From assembly GCF_006345805.1 (NCBI RefSeq), contig NC_042998.1:74710001-74774000 (forward strand): DNA of 64,000 nt, given 5' to 3'. This DNA is from Octopus sinensis (lineage: Eukaryota). Positions 1 through 11,859 of the stretch are shown here, one piece after another. The notes beneath the pieces are model-generated. The model made no database searches. It was given only the letters and a program-made list of their open reading frames with translations, and was not told where the DNA came from. Every line of letters starts with the position of its first letter. Position 1 is the stretch's first letter. The translations under genes and the position numbers were made by a program.

Positions 1-61
1 TACAAAGAGGATAGCACATTGATCGGCTACGACGCAAAGGGCCATGGAAAGATCCATGCTA

Positions 62-1331
62 CGAGGGGCGTTCAATAAGTAATGCCCCTGACCCACTTCC
101 CATAGCAGTAGAGCAACGACACTTGGCACAGTTATTAGTCTTTTCCTACATAGGAACTACACAGAGTTATGCATTTCTCCCATCGTTTGATACAGCTCTG
201 GAGACTGTTTTTGTAGAAGAACCAAGCTTGGTCCTCCAACCACGACGTGACTTCAGAAATCAAGGCTGCATCATCTGGGAAACGCTTTCCTTTCAAAATC
301 AACTTCATGGCTGGGAAGAGGTGAAAATCAGAGGGTGCAAGGGGAGGAGTTCATAGCTGCACGACTGTGGTTCTGATCTGGCGACACGCGAGTTGTGGAC
401 CGGAGCGTTGTCCTGCAGGAGGAGGATGCCTTTGCTGATCTTGCCCCGCCTCTTGATTTTGATAGCTTCTCTTAATTTCCTCAAAAGTGAAGCATAATAG
501 GCTCCTGTAATTGTGGTACCCTTTGCCAGGAAAGCTGTCATCACTACTCCGTCCTAGTCCCAGAAGACTGTGAGCATAACCTTGTCAGCGGAGGGCTGCA
601 CCCTTGCCTTCTTTGGAGGGGGTGAGTCACGGTGCTTCCACTGCATTGACTGGGCTTTGGTCTATGGATCATAGTGATGGACCCAGGTTTTATCCTGTGT
701 AATCAGTCTTTTGAAAAATTTTGACTCATCTTCTTGGCACATCTCCAAATTCATCCTCGAGCACTCAACGCGTTCTTGCTTCTGGAAAGGTATGAGCAAC
801 CTGGAAATCCATCTGGCAGACACCTTTTGCATATGCAAATGGTCATGAATGATAGTTTCCACAGACCCGGTACTAATCTTGACCTTATGGGCTATTTGGC
901 GAATAGTTATGCGTTGACCTTCCAAAATGGCAGCCTCAACTTGACGGACAGACGTCTCATCAACGGCAGAAGGGGGCGACCAGATCTGGGAGCTGTTTCC
1001 ACAGAGTTCCGACTATTTTTGAATTCACAATGCCAGCGTTTTACAAGGTCATATGATGGGGCATCATCACCATAAGTTACTTTCATTTCATCAAAAGTCT
1101 CCCGTGGTGTGCGTCCTTTCAAATACAAAAACCAGATCACTGCTCGACACTCAACAGGTTCCATTTCACACTTGACTCAGTTCAAACACCTGTAAATCAG
1201 AAACCACAATTAGTTCAGAGCTGTAATTCGCCACGTAACCTATAGAGGTATAAATAAGTGCACATGCAATATTTAAGCTAGATCCAACAACTGCAAGTGG
1301 GTCAGGGGCATTACTTATTGAACGCCCCTCG
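62..1331 (-). mobile_element. Full-length mariner DNA transposon (1270 bp)
   Basis: Perfect 37-bp terminal inverted repeats CGAGGGGCGTTCAATAAGTAATGCCCCTGACCCACTT (62-98 and 1295-1331), TA duplication at 60-61 and 1332-1333, and an internal transposase. Confidence 0.97.
135..1164 (-). pseudogene. Mariner DD34D-type transposase, frameshifted
   Basis: ORF pieces 907-1164 (MEPVECRAVIWFL...RSGRP HTH region), 662-925 (KVSARWISRLL = WVPHEL-like; TQDKTWVHHYDP), 305-544 (LLLQDNAPVH), then LAPSDFHLFPAMK in another frame. The HPPYSPD segment before LAPSDF is deleted. Confidence 0.93.
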
Positions 1332-3959
1332 TAGGAATATCACTAAGAGAGCACATTCGAAATGAGATAATTAAAGAAGGGGACAGAATGAAGGATGTAA
1401 TCGCCGAGTACCGAAGGCACAAGTTGAGCTGGGCCGGACATATTGCAAAGTTCACAGACAACAATTAAACCCATACAATTGCTGAGTGGAATCCAAGAGA
1501 TCGGAAAAGATAACTTAGAAGGGCCACAACGACGGGAAGACGATTTAATTAAGCAATTTAGGTCAAGTTGGAAAAGAATGGCGCAATCAAGACGAAATTG
1601 GAAGCGCATCGTGACCAATAGTATATAAGAGCATCTGATTACCTGGACGGTACCGTGATATTTAGTACATTTTAATGGCTGAATTTATATTGGCTGATTT
1701 CGTATACCAATTATCTAGGGACAATACTAACACAAGATTGCCTGATAATGTGGTTTTCAGGTTTTATAATAAAATGAAAATATTCCTTAGCTATGTAAAT
1801 TATTTGAATTACTTAGTACTGTATATGACCATCGCTGTATATACTGTATTACGAACTTTACAAACGAGTCTATTAGTATCCATACATATTTAAAATGACT
1901 TTCTTATTTTCGCAAAAATACTATGCGACCAAAGCTGTTGTTATATTTAGCTTATTGCAACACATCAATATAACGGAACAAATAAAAATTTTATGCCTGT
2001 TTTCCATTATATAGTTTTCGGTCACTGACCAAATGATAACATTATTTGCTCTTATCAACATATTCTAATTTTGTCAACCTTTGCAGAATAGTTCATTACA
2101 AAGAAACTACTTGTAGTTATCGATCTAGCTATTTTGTAGTTATCGATTTTAAATATTTATCATACTATGGTTGCTTTCTATAGTTTTATGTAAAAAAAAA
2201 CAAAAACAAAACAAAACAAAACAAAGTTTTATAATCATTTAAACGTAGGATGGTCTGAATGTTAGTACAAATATGCTGACTATTGGATGCTGAAGTTCAA
2301 CTGATTCCATTATATGACAAAGAAAGTATCATTTTTCTGATTGAAAAGACATTTTGCAGATAAAAAGACATTGATGTCATAGAATTATTGTTTCAGACGA
2401 CATGAATTGTATAACAACTATTTACTAGATTATAGAACTACTATTAACTAAAGTATATTGTATAACTACTACTTACCTAGCCATGCATTGCAGAAGTGCT
2501 ATTTATCAAGGCATACGCGTATACTATTGATCTGTTATTTACCAAGGCTATCTTGTTCGTCATCTCGTGTTTGAAGGTGACCAAGCTCCTAACTCATATA
2601 AAGATGGCACTTTTTTTTAGATTGTCAGCGAGATGGATACAGCAGCACTCTCGGCTGAAGATATGTGATTATTTCCAGTTATATTACACCCTCTACTCAG
2701 TGAATCTAAGGAAGTGTTAGTATTTCATTGTTGGAAATGAGCGTGATCTTTCAACCCACCTAATGAAAGGCTCAAAACCTGAATGTGGTTTGAAGAAGTG
2801 AAATTCGGACTTACAAGGGACTTGGATCATAGTGAAGAAGGGTAGTGCCGGACGAATAGCACCGGACTTCTTGGCTGAATGGCAAGGTGGGCCGATTCAA
2901 AACAGTTATAGTTGGAATGAAGTGAAAATTCCAAGTAAAAAGACCATGTTTCCTGTGATTATATTCGTACAGCAGTCTACACAATGTTTGCACAAATACA
3001 CACACACACACACACACACACTATTACACATTCATGAGTGAAGATATATCACAGGACTCTCCATCAATACTCCGAACTTAAATTCTGGCTCAGAGCAATT
3101 TTTCACTTATCACATGACCTCTTTGATCTGTCAGTGGCGATCGATAGCGAGTTTCCTGTTTCTCCATGAAACAAAATAGCAGCGATACAGACATTGATTC
3201 TCAAATGCGCTCTCACTCACTCACTCACTGTCTACCTTCATATATTTATATACATATGTGTGAGCGTATTTACACACACACACACACAAACTTATGTGAG
3301 TGAGCGTATGTATATATATATATATATATATATATACTAGCAAATTCACCCGTCCTTTGGACGTTGTAATTATTATAATGGTGCACTCCTGTGGACGGTT
3401 TAAGTTGAATTAGCCCCCAGTTAGAAGTCGTTTCACGTTGATAAGCGTAAAATGTATAATTACCACTTTTGTTAGCAGTTTATGATATGGTATTAAGAAA
3501 CTTAGGTAATGAATACATTTTTTTGAATACAAATTTGACAGTTAGTAATAAACGAAAGTCCATGAATTGGGATCGCAATTGCATTAGGCATTAGAGATCC
3601 TATATCTTACTTGAAACGTTTTGTATCATGTAATTATTTTTCTCGTAATACCCGACACAACCGCACGAACCTTGTTTTTTTTCATTGAAAGTCATGTATG
3701 ATAAAGAAAAGTAAACATTTATAGTAAACACACAATAGTGACCTGTACAAAAATAAATGCTAGAGCATGCTTATGAGCGAACAGCGTACGTTAAGTAAGA
3801 AGGGTCATTGCAGGCAATATATTTTTAACAACAATCAGGGAAATGAAGTAAAATATCAATGAAATTCTTGAAGGAAGTCCGATTGCTAACGGCTACAGTT
3901 TGGCATAGATGAGAAGAATAACTACTGTAGAGTTGCTTTGCAAACGACATTCTTTATTC

Positions 3960-5180
3960 TCATTCAGGAGCATAAATGAATAAGTTGTCTGGAAGGCCAC
4001 CTCTGGAACAACCGACGGGAGAACTGTCCATGTGAAAAGCACGATGTTCGAAGGTCCAGTTCGACAACTTTCAGCGACTGAAGTTGTGCTTTGTTAATTG
4101 TCATGGTGAAACTGAGTTTCAGAGGGAACTGAAGGCTGTACATAGTGTAGGAGCAGTCTGTTGGGTTAGCGGAATTTTCGGAATGAAAACGGTATCTTTT
4201 TAGCAGTATCCCGTAATTTGGGCTTCAATGGCGTGGTCCATAATTTGCTTGACCAAAAGGCGAGTTTTACTGCATGGTGTGGGTGCGTTTAGATTGCGTA
4301 GGAGGTTGACAGGGCAACCGACTTTTAAGTGAAGTTCTTGGGAGTTGAGAAATTCTGTTGGAAATTGTGTAAACTGATCGAGGTCTGTAACGGTGTCAAT
4401 TGATCTGTAACAACGTTCTTAAGAAAGTAGCTGACTGAGTGAGTCATGGTTAAGAGTGTTGACAGCTACATTTGTAGTTGCAAGAACAGCCCTGTCGCGA
4501 AGCCAATCTGGTTTTATGTATTCCGTTGTAAGATTTGGGTAAACGGTAGAACATAAGTCATCAGGGCTGGTTTCAGTGTGGCCAATGGTGATAGTGTCAA
4601 TGTATCCGTTGTCATCAGAAATAATTTGTCCATTACCGATTTTAAGGAACATTTCCGAAAACTGGGTTGTAGACTGATCAGTCTGAAGGAGTGATCTCAT
4701 GTTCATAGTGACTTGTTTCGATTGGACATGCGTCCAAAGGAGCGATTTTTAAGGCAGGCATTATGTTCATCAGCAGGTGTTCCTTTGGGTATAGTAGATA
4801 AAGTTTGTCGTAAATCTTCTCCAAGAAGTAGAGTCGCACCTCCAAGGATGTTGTTGTTTGATCTAAGGTCTCTCATTGTGGTATGAAGTGCTTGTAGGGA
4901 ACATTTATGGGACATAGTTGCTTCATCCCAAACAAGAGTTTGCGCTTTTTCAAAATTGTCTCTTCGTCCGAGGAATGCATTATGTGGCACGTTGGGTTTT
5001 CTTGATGTGCTACATTGAATGGCAATTTGAAGGCAGGGTGTGCTGTTCGTCTGCCATCGAGAAGAGTCGAGGCTATTCCTGAGGAGTCAACAGTAATAGC
5101 AAGGTCACCATTATGCTGCAGTTTCGCAAGAAGATTCAGGAGGAATGTTTTTCCAGTTCTACCGCGTGCGTCTAAGAAGA
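3960..5180 (-). pseudogene. Helitron PIF1-family helicase remnant
   Basis: Fragments IFLDARGRTGKTFLLNLL (Walker A-like), SSGIASTLLDGRRTAH..FKLP, LVWDEATMSHK, GEDLRQTL, FLKIGNG, RAVLATTN, LHLKVGCPVNLLRNL, TMTINKAQ.QSL, CFSHGQ appear in the expected order, with stops and frameshifts. Confidence 0.92.
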
Positions 5181-5334
5181 TGATTCCCCTCAGTGTGTGT
5201 GTGTGTGTAGGTGTTTCCGAGGACGAAATTGGGCAATCTTTCGAAATGACTCGCAAAAATGTGTCAAACTAAGCATCGGATCCAATAGCTGTTAAGGTAT
5301 GGCGTTCGGTAAAATCCGTAAAAAGATTTTATTT

Positions 5335-5647
5335 ATATATTTTTGTGGGTGAAAATGTACATTTCGTTTGATATCAGGATAAAGTAAAAGAGAGAGAAAA
5401 TTGACAGGGACGTGTGTATGTGTTTATGGGGGTGCAAGACAGAAAGTGTGTGTTGCATGCATGTGTGTGTGTGTGTGAGAGAGAGAGAGATGTGATGCTG
5501 TGTGTGTGTGTGTGCGAGGGAGAGAGTAACAGCGTGCATTTTTTTAAATCTATTTTTCCTCGCAATCTTTTAGAGTGAGTGTGTGAGTGATTGACTGAGA
5601 AAGAGAGAGAGAAAGGTGTTGTTGGAAAGAGAGAGAGAGGTGTTGTT

Positions 5648-5688
<41 letters not shown>

Positions 5689-5762
5689 TAGCGTAATTTT
5701 TTTATTTATTTAGTTAGTTTTTTTCACATTTTTTGAGTGTGTTGGTATGTGAAGCGACTGAA

Positions 5763-5798
<36 letters not shown>

Positions 5799-6135
5799 GT
5801 CGTCATGTATATTTAAAATGGGTAGGATCAGTCAAACACGCACACAAACACATACTTACACCCATTATCTGCCATATACACGTACATACATAAATACACA
5901 CTCATTCAAAAAAGATAGGAGGAAAAACAAATAAAAAATGTACGCTGTTCTCTCCCTCACACACACACACACACACATAGAGCAACACACATATCTCTCT
6001 CTTTCTTTCTCCTTTTCTCTCACATACACACAACACACACTTTCTATCTCGCACCTCTCATCTACACATACATACGTCCCTATCAATATTCTCTCATCAA
6101 ACAAAATGTACATTTCCAACCACAGAAATAAATAG
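5335..6135. repeat. Diverged ~220-bp inverted repeat (5335-5560 vs 5920-6135) among microsatellites
   Basis: Shared blocks on opposite strands: aaatgtacattt.gtttgat, ttga.agggacgt.tgtatgtgt, ga.agaaagtgtgtgttg, gagggagaga..aacagcgt.cattttt. Confidence 0.7.
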
Positions 6136-6635
6136 TGCCTGCAATGTACTGTTTGAGTTTGTAGGATGTTTCTTTGCGAATGAGGCGACACACACACAAA
6201 ACACACAAGCAAACTCATACACACATACCTTCTGGTCTAAGGGAGGCAATCAACTTCTGACCGTTACTTGAAAAAGAGTTACCTCATTTGTCCACAATAG
6301 TCACTATAGAAGGTTTTTCTGAACCTAGATACCCTATTACTCCATATTACTCCATAAGTGACAAATCTAAAGAGTGCCGAACCTTCTGTGGAACATAAGG
6401 GATGAAATATATTCATTTTTCGTGGGATCAAGCTAATGGCCGGTCACACACACACTTATCTCAAGTCATTTAGAATATGAAATTACTTGAGATACTCGTC
6501 CTGCCTTGGTTTTTGTATACCTGCTAACTCGGAAACTAACTACGGATCGCTAGCTCCAGCCTCAGCTGTGAACTTGGAACCTGACAGATGACCAATTGTA
6601 GAACTTACAAACCGTACTTTTAAATCTGTAAAAAG

Positions 6636-6707
<72 letters not shown>

Positions 6708-7231
6708 CCCGGCGTGCTAACGCCTTCGATGCTTAGTATATATTGCCTTTTGACAAGTCTTGTTTTGTTCTACAGTGTTTCTATCACTCCACCTTGGCAG
6801 GCTAGCCTGGTTTAGCTGTTACTTTAGTGGCTGACGACCTCTTTCTTATAGGGTGTATAGTATTACGTTGTGTCACAATCCCTCACAAGCAGCCTGAAAT
6901 ATAATCAGACTTGACCCGTTATAAATTTGTTCAGAGTTTATGTGAATAATGACGATTTGAGCAATTTGAAGTCAAAGTCAGCGCCTATATATGGTATATA
7001 GTATATATACTATCAACATGGACCGTGATACTATTAGTGGCTGGTGCTCTCTTGATCTTCACAGTCACATGCCCTTCAAGCGGTAATCAACTGGAGGTTG
7101 CCTTTTACCGGATTTGATAGACGGAAACTGAAAGATGCCCGTCGTATATATATATATATATATTGATAAAAATGGTAAGACAACAAAAGAGTGAAAGAGA
7201 CATCTATATTACGTAAATAGAGGAATTTATC

Positions 7232-7455
7232 TGTAAATGTCATATGTGACAATTATTCGGTAGTCATGATAAAACTCCGAGTTTCAGATGCCGAGGTGGA
7301 AATCCATCCAGCCATCTCTTCAGTTATACGGCCATCGGAGGTATTTTTACGATTGCCGTATAACTGAAGAGAAGGCGGCGAGGATTTCCACCTCGGCATC
7401 CGAAACTCGGAGTTTTATCATGGCTACCGAATAATTGTCACATATTACATTTACA
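7232..7455. repeat. Head-to-head palindrome (~100-bp arms), PLE-type terminus pair
   Basis: 7232-7331 is the near reverse complement of 7356-7455; it lies inside the SINE microsatellite. Confidence 0.9.
7356..7423 (+). ncRNA. Type I hammerhead ribozyme motif (mirror copy 7265-7331, minus strand)
   Basis: ccgt-ataa CUGAAGA [stem II containing CGAGG/CCUCG] GAAAC UC-G-GA GUU ^ uuau-c-augg. Stem I pairs with one bulge; the base of stem II is imperfect. Confidence 0.65.
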
Positions 7456-7476
7456 AATATATACATATATATATGA

Positions 7477-7535
<59 letters not shown>

Positions 7536-7536
7536 T

Positions 7537-7579
<43 letters not shown>

Positions 7580-8455
7580 TGTGTGTGTGTGTATGTGTGT
7601 GTGCATTTGTGTCTCTGTGTTTGTTCCCCCACCATCGCTTGACAACTGAAATTGGTAGTTTACGTCCCCGTAACTTAGTGGTTCGGCAAAAGACACTAAT
7701 AAAATAAGTAGTAGGCTTACAAAGAGTAAGTTCTGGGATCGACTTGTTCGGCTAAAGGAGGTGCTCCAGTATGGCCACAGTCAAATGACTGAAACAAGTA
7801 AAATAGTAAAAGAATATGTATTATATATATAGGTACGGTAGGTAAGTGCTGTAACGGATTACTAGGGTTCCAAGGTTATAGCCGAGACGATAGTTATGGA
7901 GCCATTGCAGATTTCCGATACAGCGATATATAATTGTCAAAGAGGATAACAAACATTAAGGCAAGGCAAATATTTCAAGTCATATACAATATTCATATTG
8001 GAAAAAATTCAAAGTCTTACAGCTGTTTCTGGGATACCCCGAGTATGGGATATTCAATCATCAGAGACAAATAGGGAAAACAGGGAAAATGAGAATGGTA
8101 TATATTAATGAGATGACGATATAGAGGAAAGGAGTAAAAGAATAAGGAGATGGAAAGAAAGGGGAGGGGGAAGAAGCATAAAAGTTCTTCGTTCAATTTT
8201 CCGAAGTTATAGAAACCAGGGCATGAGTCCTTAGGTGCAATCCTGCGTAGATCCATGAGCGTAAGTCCTTAGGTGCAATCCTGTGTAGATCCATGTGGGT
8301 TAAAATCTTGATATACAGACATCCAAAGAAAAAAGACGCGAACATATTATTAATACTATTACTCCAACTGCAACTGCGATAACAACAGGCAACTTAAACT
8401 GTGCTGGTGCTTTTCTCATCATCAATTTATACATTTTGTATAATGTTTCCATTAT

Positions 8456-8489
<34 letters not shown>

Positions 8490-8574
8490 GCCTATTTTTA
8501 TGTTAAGTTACATATACGAAAGATTATTCAATAACTCTTAGTAGAGTGCCTATTTATTAAACTTTTATAAACTA

Positions 8575-8620
8575 ACGAGTGACCTTGAAGTTTCGGCTTG
8601 CTCGCTTTCGTCAGGGCCGT
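8575..8620 (-). ncRNA. Decayed hammerhead-like motif
   Basis: acggcc CUGACGA AAGCGAGCAAGCC GAAAC UUCAAG GUC ^ acucgu. Core and GUC site are present, but the two inner stem I pairs and stem II are mismatched. Confidence 0.4.
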
Positions 8621-9401
8621 GCTACAATTCGTTTTATTTTTCGTTGACAAGTTGTCTTCTTGAGCTAGATGGAGTTATTCGAAATGATAATTGTGATGTT
8701 GGTAAGTTGGCCAAGTACTTAATTAGAAGAGAGATAGAGCAAGATAGACAAAAAATAGGTGTTTATATGTAGTGAGGTTGATAGAATGTTATGGTGAGGA
8801 AATTTTGCTTAGATTGTTGTAGAAACTGTGTTATTGTTTCGAGCTCTATCAAACGTGGAATTATCTGTGTAAGTATGCCAAATCAGGTTTATCAATTGCA
8901 GGTCACGACATTCTTTGTATTGAAAGTTAATTTTTGCTCTGGTTTAGAAGTCACAAATGAATGTTTGTAGACGAAATAGTTGGTTGCCCAGCATATGTCA
9001 AAATACTATTGAATTGGTGTGGACACTATTAGAGCTTTATTAAGAAATATTAAGCCATGTGTTTTGAGAAACACAAGACCAAAAGATTGTGTCATTATAA
9101 ATACTTAATGGGATTTTATGGTGTGTTCCGAGAAAGGTTATTTGTATCTATATATTATTGTAGTCTAGTACATACAGGTAACTGCAAAACATCACGTATA
9201 CATCAAGGTGAAACTACAGAAATGATACATTCTTCTATAAGTACATCGAACTATGAGGAGATATGGACGGATAAATAATATATAAATACATAATATATAG
9301 AGTAATACATATAAAAAAATCAGATGTGAAAATCTTTTCTTATTTACGTACGTACACACTAACATACATACATACATACATATACGTACATGTGTTCACC
9401 A

Positions 9402-9436
<35 letters not shown>

Positions 9437-9467
9437 TGTATCTCTCTCTCTCTCTCTCTCTCTCTCC

Positions 9468-9506
<39 letters not shown>

Positions 9507-9744
9507 ATATTTATATATGAAATATGTATACATATTTACACACATAACCACTAAATATGTATAACATATTGTGAGTAGCGTGTTTTTAATTAAGGATAAG
9601 CTTTTCGCTTCTAGTAAACACAATATTTCTCAGACTATGTACCATGTCTCATTACTGTAACTTACGTTCATCCTATATCACTATGTTTCGTGCAGACATG
9701 TACGTTTATATATATATATATATATATATATAGATATATAGAGA

Positions 9745-9800
<56 letters not shown>

Positions 9801-9810
9801 TATATAGAGA

Positions 9811-9848
<38 letters not shown>

Positions 9849-10315
9849 TATATAGAGAGATGTATATATATATATATATATATATATACATGAATACGTA
9901 ATTTATATATGGTATACATTTGTATACAATATATATACATGCAAATATATATATATGTAAGTGTGTATGTATGTTTATGTAGGTTTAGGTAACACACACA
10001 TATGCATATATATATATATATATATTCATACACACACAATAATCTGTATAAGTAATTTACATATATGCGCACACATATGCATCCACATTCATATATCCAC
10101 ATATGACCACATATATAATAATCTTCACATGAATCTATGTTTCCTTAAAGTCTATTTACTGGAATGACTTTTTCTTCGTTTATTTGCTCTTAATTGAGGA
10201 ACGAAAAACATCTCCCTTGTTAATATGATTTAGCTTCATTAACGTTTGCAGCAATATAGTGGAAGCTTTGCAAATTCTGTGAAATGTAAGTAAACAGTGT
10301 TGTTGCACTGCAAAG

Positions 10316-10359
<44 letters not shown>

Positions 10360-10889
10360 CAGATACATACATAGACACAAATACACATACATATATATAG
10401 ACATATATATGCATATATATATATACGTTTATCTATACATATATGTGTGTGTGTGTGCGTGTGTATGTATAAAATATATCACTCCAAATATAATACTGTA
10501 AGCACAGTTATTAATCTTGCATAAATAAAATAAAAATTTGCTCTCAATTTGAAACATTAAGACATCATGTTTTTCCATAAGTATTTATTCATAGACGTAT
10601 TCCGGAAATAAATCCTGAAACTCAAGTATTAGATAACGCTTAAACTGCTGCAAATTAGCAATTCTAGTTTTGTTGAACTGTGTATTTATGCTATGGAAAT
10701 TTGCCAAAACAACCTAGTAATGACAAGCAGCAGAAAGGTGTATAACTTGGAAGCCATATTTGAATTTAGAAGTACTATGTAGGGCTGAAACTACTGAACA
10801 AACCTTACATCATGGAGGAAGGTTTTATAAAAGTGGTATGTCATTTAATTTTTGTATTTTAGTTTGTTTAAATGAACATAGTCACACTA

Positions 10890-11330
10890 AGATCGCTACG
10901 ATATTGTTCGCTCTATATTACAACTACGATCATGTCGGCACTCAATCGGTAATACCACCATATTAACATTCCATACTAACTACGATTATTGTAGTACACC
11001 ACCATAGCTATCAATCATGGTGGCACGTAAGCAGACCTACGATAATGGTAGTATATCATTATAATTAGGACTATTTTAGCATTCTCTTATATCTACGATC
11101 ATGGTGGTACTCCATCATAACTACGATGTAGGTGGCATGAACTCAGAGCTACAATCATTGTGTAAGTCTATTACAACTACGATCATGCTGGTATTCCATT
11201 ATAAAAAGGATAATGTTTACACTGTAATAACACGGAATAACACTCGATTATAAGTGCCAATATGGCGGTACACTATTTGAAGCACGGAAATGGTAGCTCT
11301 CCTTTAGAACCATGATAATGATAGTACCTA
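10890..11330. repeat. Degenerate ~28-bp minisatellite
   Basis: Recurrent actacgatcatggtggtactccat.ata-like unit; ctacga anchors recur at ~28-bp spacing (~10897, 10925, 10981, 11038, 11095, 11123, 11178). Confidence 0.75.
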
Positions 11331-11859
11331 GCCTAACGTAGTGCACTACACTAATGGTATTATCTTGTCTATACTAAATGCCTATATTTTATGTAGAACA
11401 GGTTTACTCTGGTTATAAGCAGGTACGGATGATTGGTTCAGTCATAAGAGAGCAATATGCAAAAAAAAAAAAAAATAAGTGTAACTACCAACAGTATATA
11501 TGTCTGTCCAAAATAAAGTTTATTAATTGAAGTAATAAACATTAAATCTATGTTTGCCAACAAGACACATATCAGTTTATTCTGATTGCATAGAATTCTG
11601 GAATTCTGGAACGGAAGAATTTTTCGAAGGCATTTTGAGCTGCTGCTTGATTAGTGTAAAATGTCTTTTGCCGAAAGTTATAATTATCAGGAACCGACTT
11701 CTAAAGGTAAAGCAAGATTTCTTCCTCAATTCTGAAATAATTCTACATGATAATTGTTAGTTTTTATTTTACTCAATGTGATGTTCCTCTGTCTAACTTG
11801 CATATAACTTCTAATTCTGTGGCGAAGATAATTTCCTGTCTTCACACATTTATGTCAAC

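Larger units (their letters stand above)
2..1628 (+). mobile_element. RTE-clade LINE, 3' ORF remnant, split by a mariner insertion (pieces 2-61 and 1332-1628)
   Basis: Removing 62-1333 restores a continuous frame: TKRIAH*SATTQRAMERSML|GISLREHIRNEII...KLSWAGHIAKFTDNN*...EW...(shift)...REDDLIKQFRSSWKRMAQSRRNWK. This matches the RTE RT C-terminal pattern QRAMER-MLG-SL...WAGH...W.DD...W...AQ.R..W. Confidence 0.85.
3337..6640 (-). mobile_element. Non-autonomous Helitron derivative (3' end firm, 5' end tentative)
   Basis: Minus strand ends with hairpin CGTCC-AAA-GGACG (3351-3363), 10 nt, then CTAG followed by T (3337-3340). It contains helicase remnants. The 5' end appears to run into the (TA)n at ~6640, and no clean TC start is visible. 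Confidence 0.75.
7110..7812 (+). mobile_element. tRNA-derived SINE family A, 5'-truncated, interrupted in its central (TA)n
   Basis: gacggaaactgaaagatgcccgtcgtatata (~7120-7150) and 3' half ...cagtatggccacagtcaaatgactgaaacaagtaaaatagtaaaag (~7600-7812) match other copies in the window. Confidence 0.75.

Noticed and set aside
2756-2788. ccac CTAATGA A AGG-CTCAAAA-CCT GAA T gtgg, a hammerhead relic
   Set aside because: G5 is mutated and stem III plus the cleavage triplet are missing; at best a dead relic, so it is not counted.
8221-8296. ~40-bp tandem duplication (gagtccttaggtgcaatcctg.gtagatccatg)
   Set aside because: Simple local duplication in a decayed repeat; no further structure.
10890-11330. 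Possible CRISPR-like array
   Set aside because: Units are contiguous and degenerate with no unique spacers; eukaryotic context and no cas genes.
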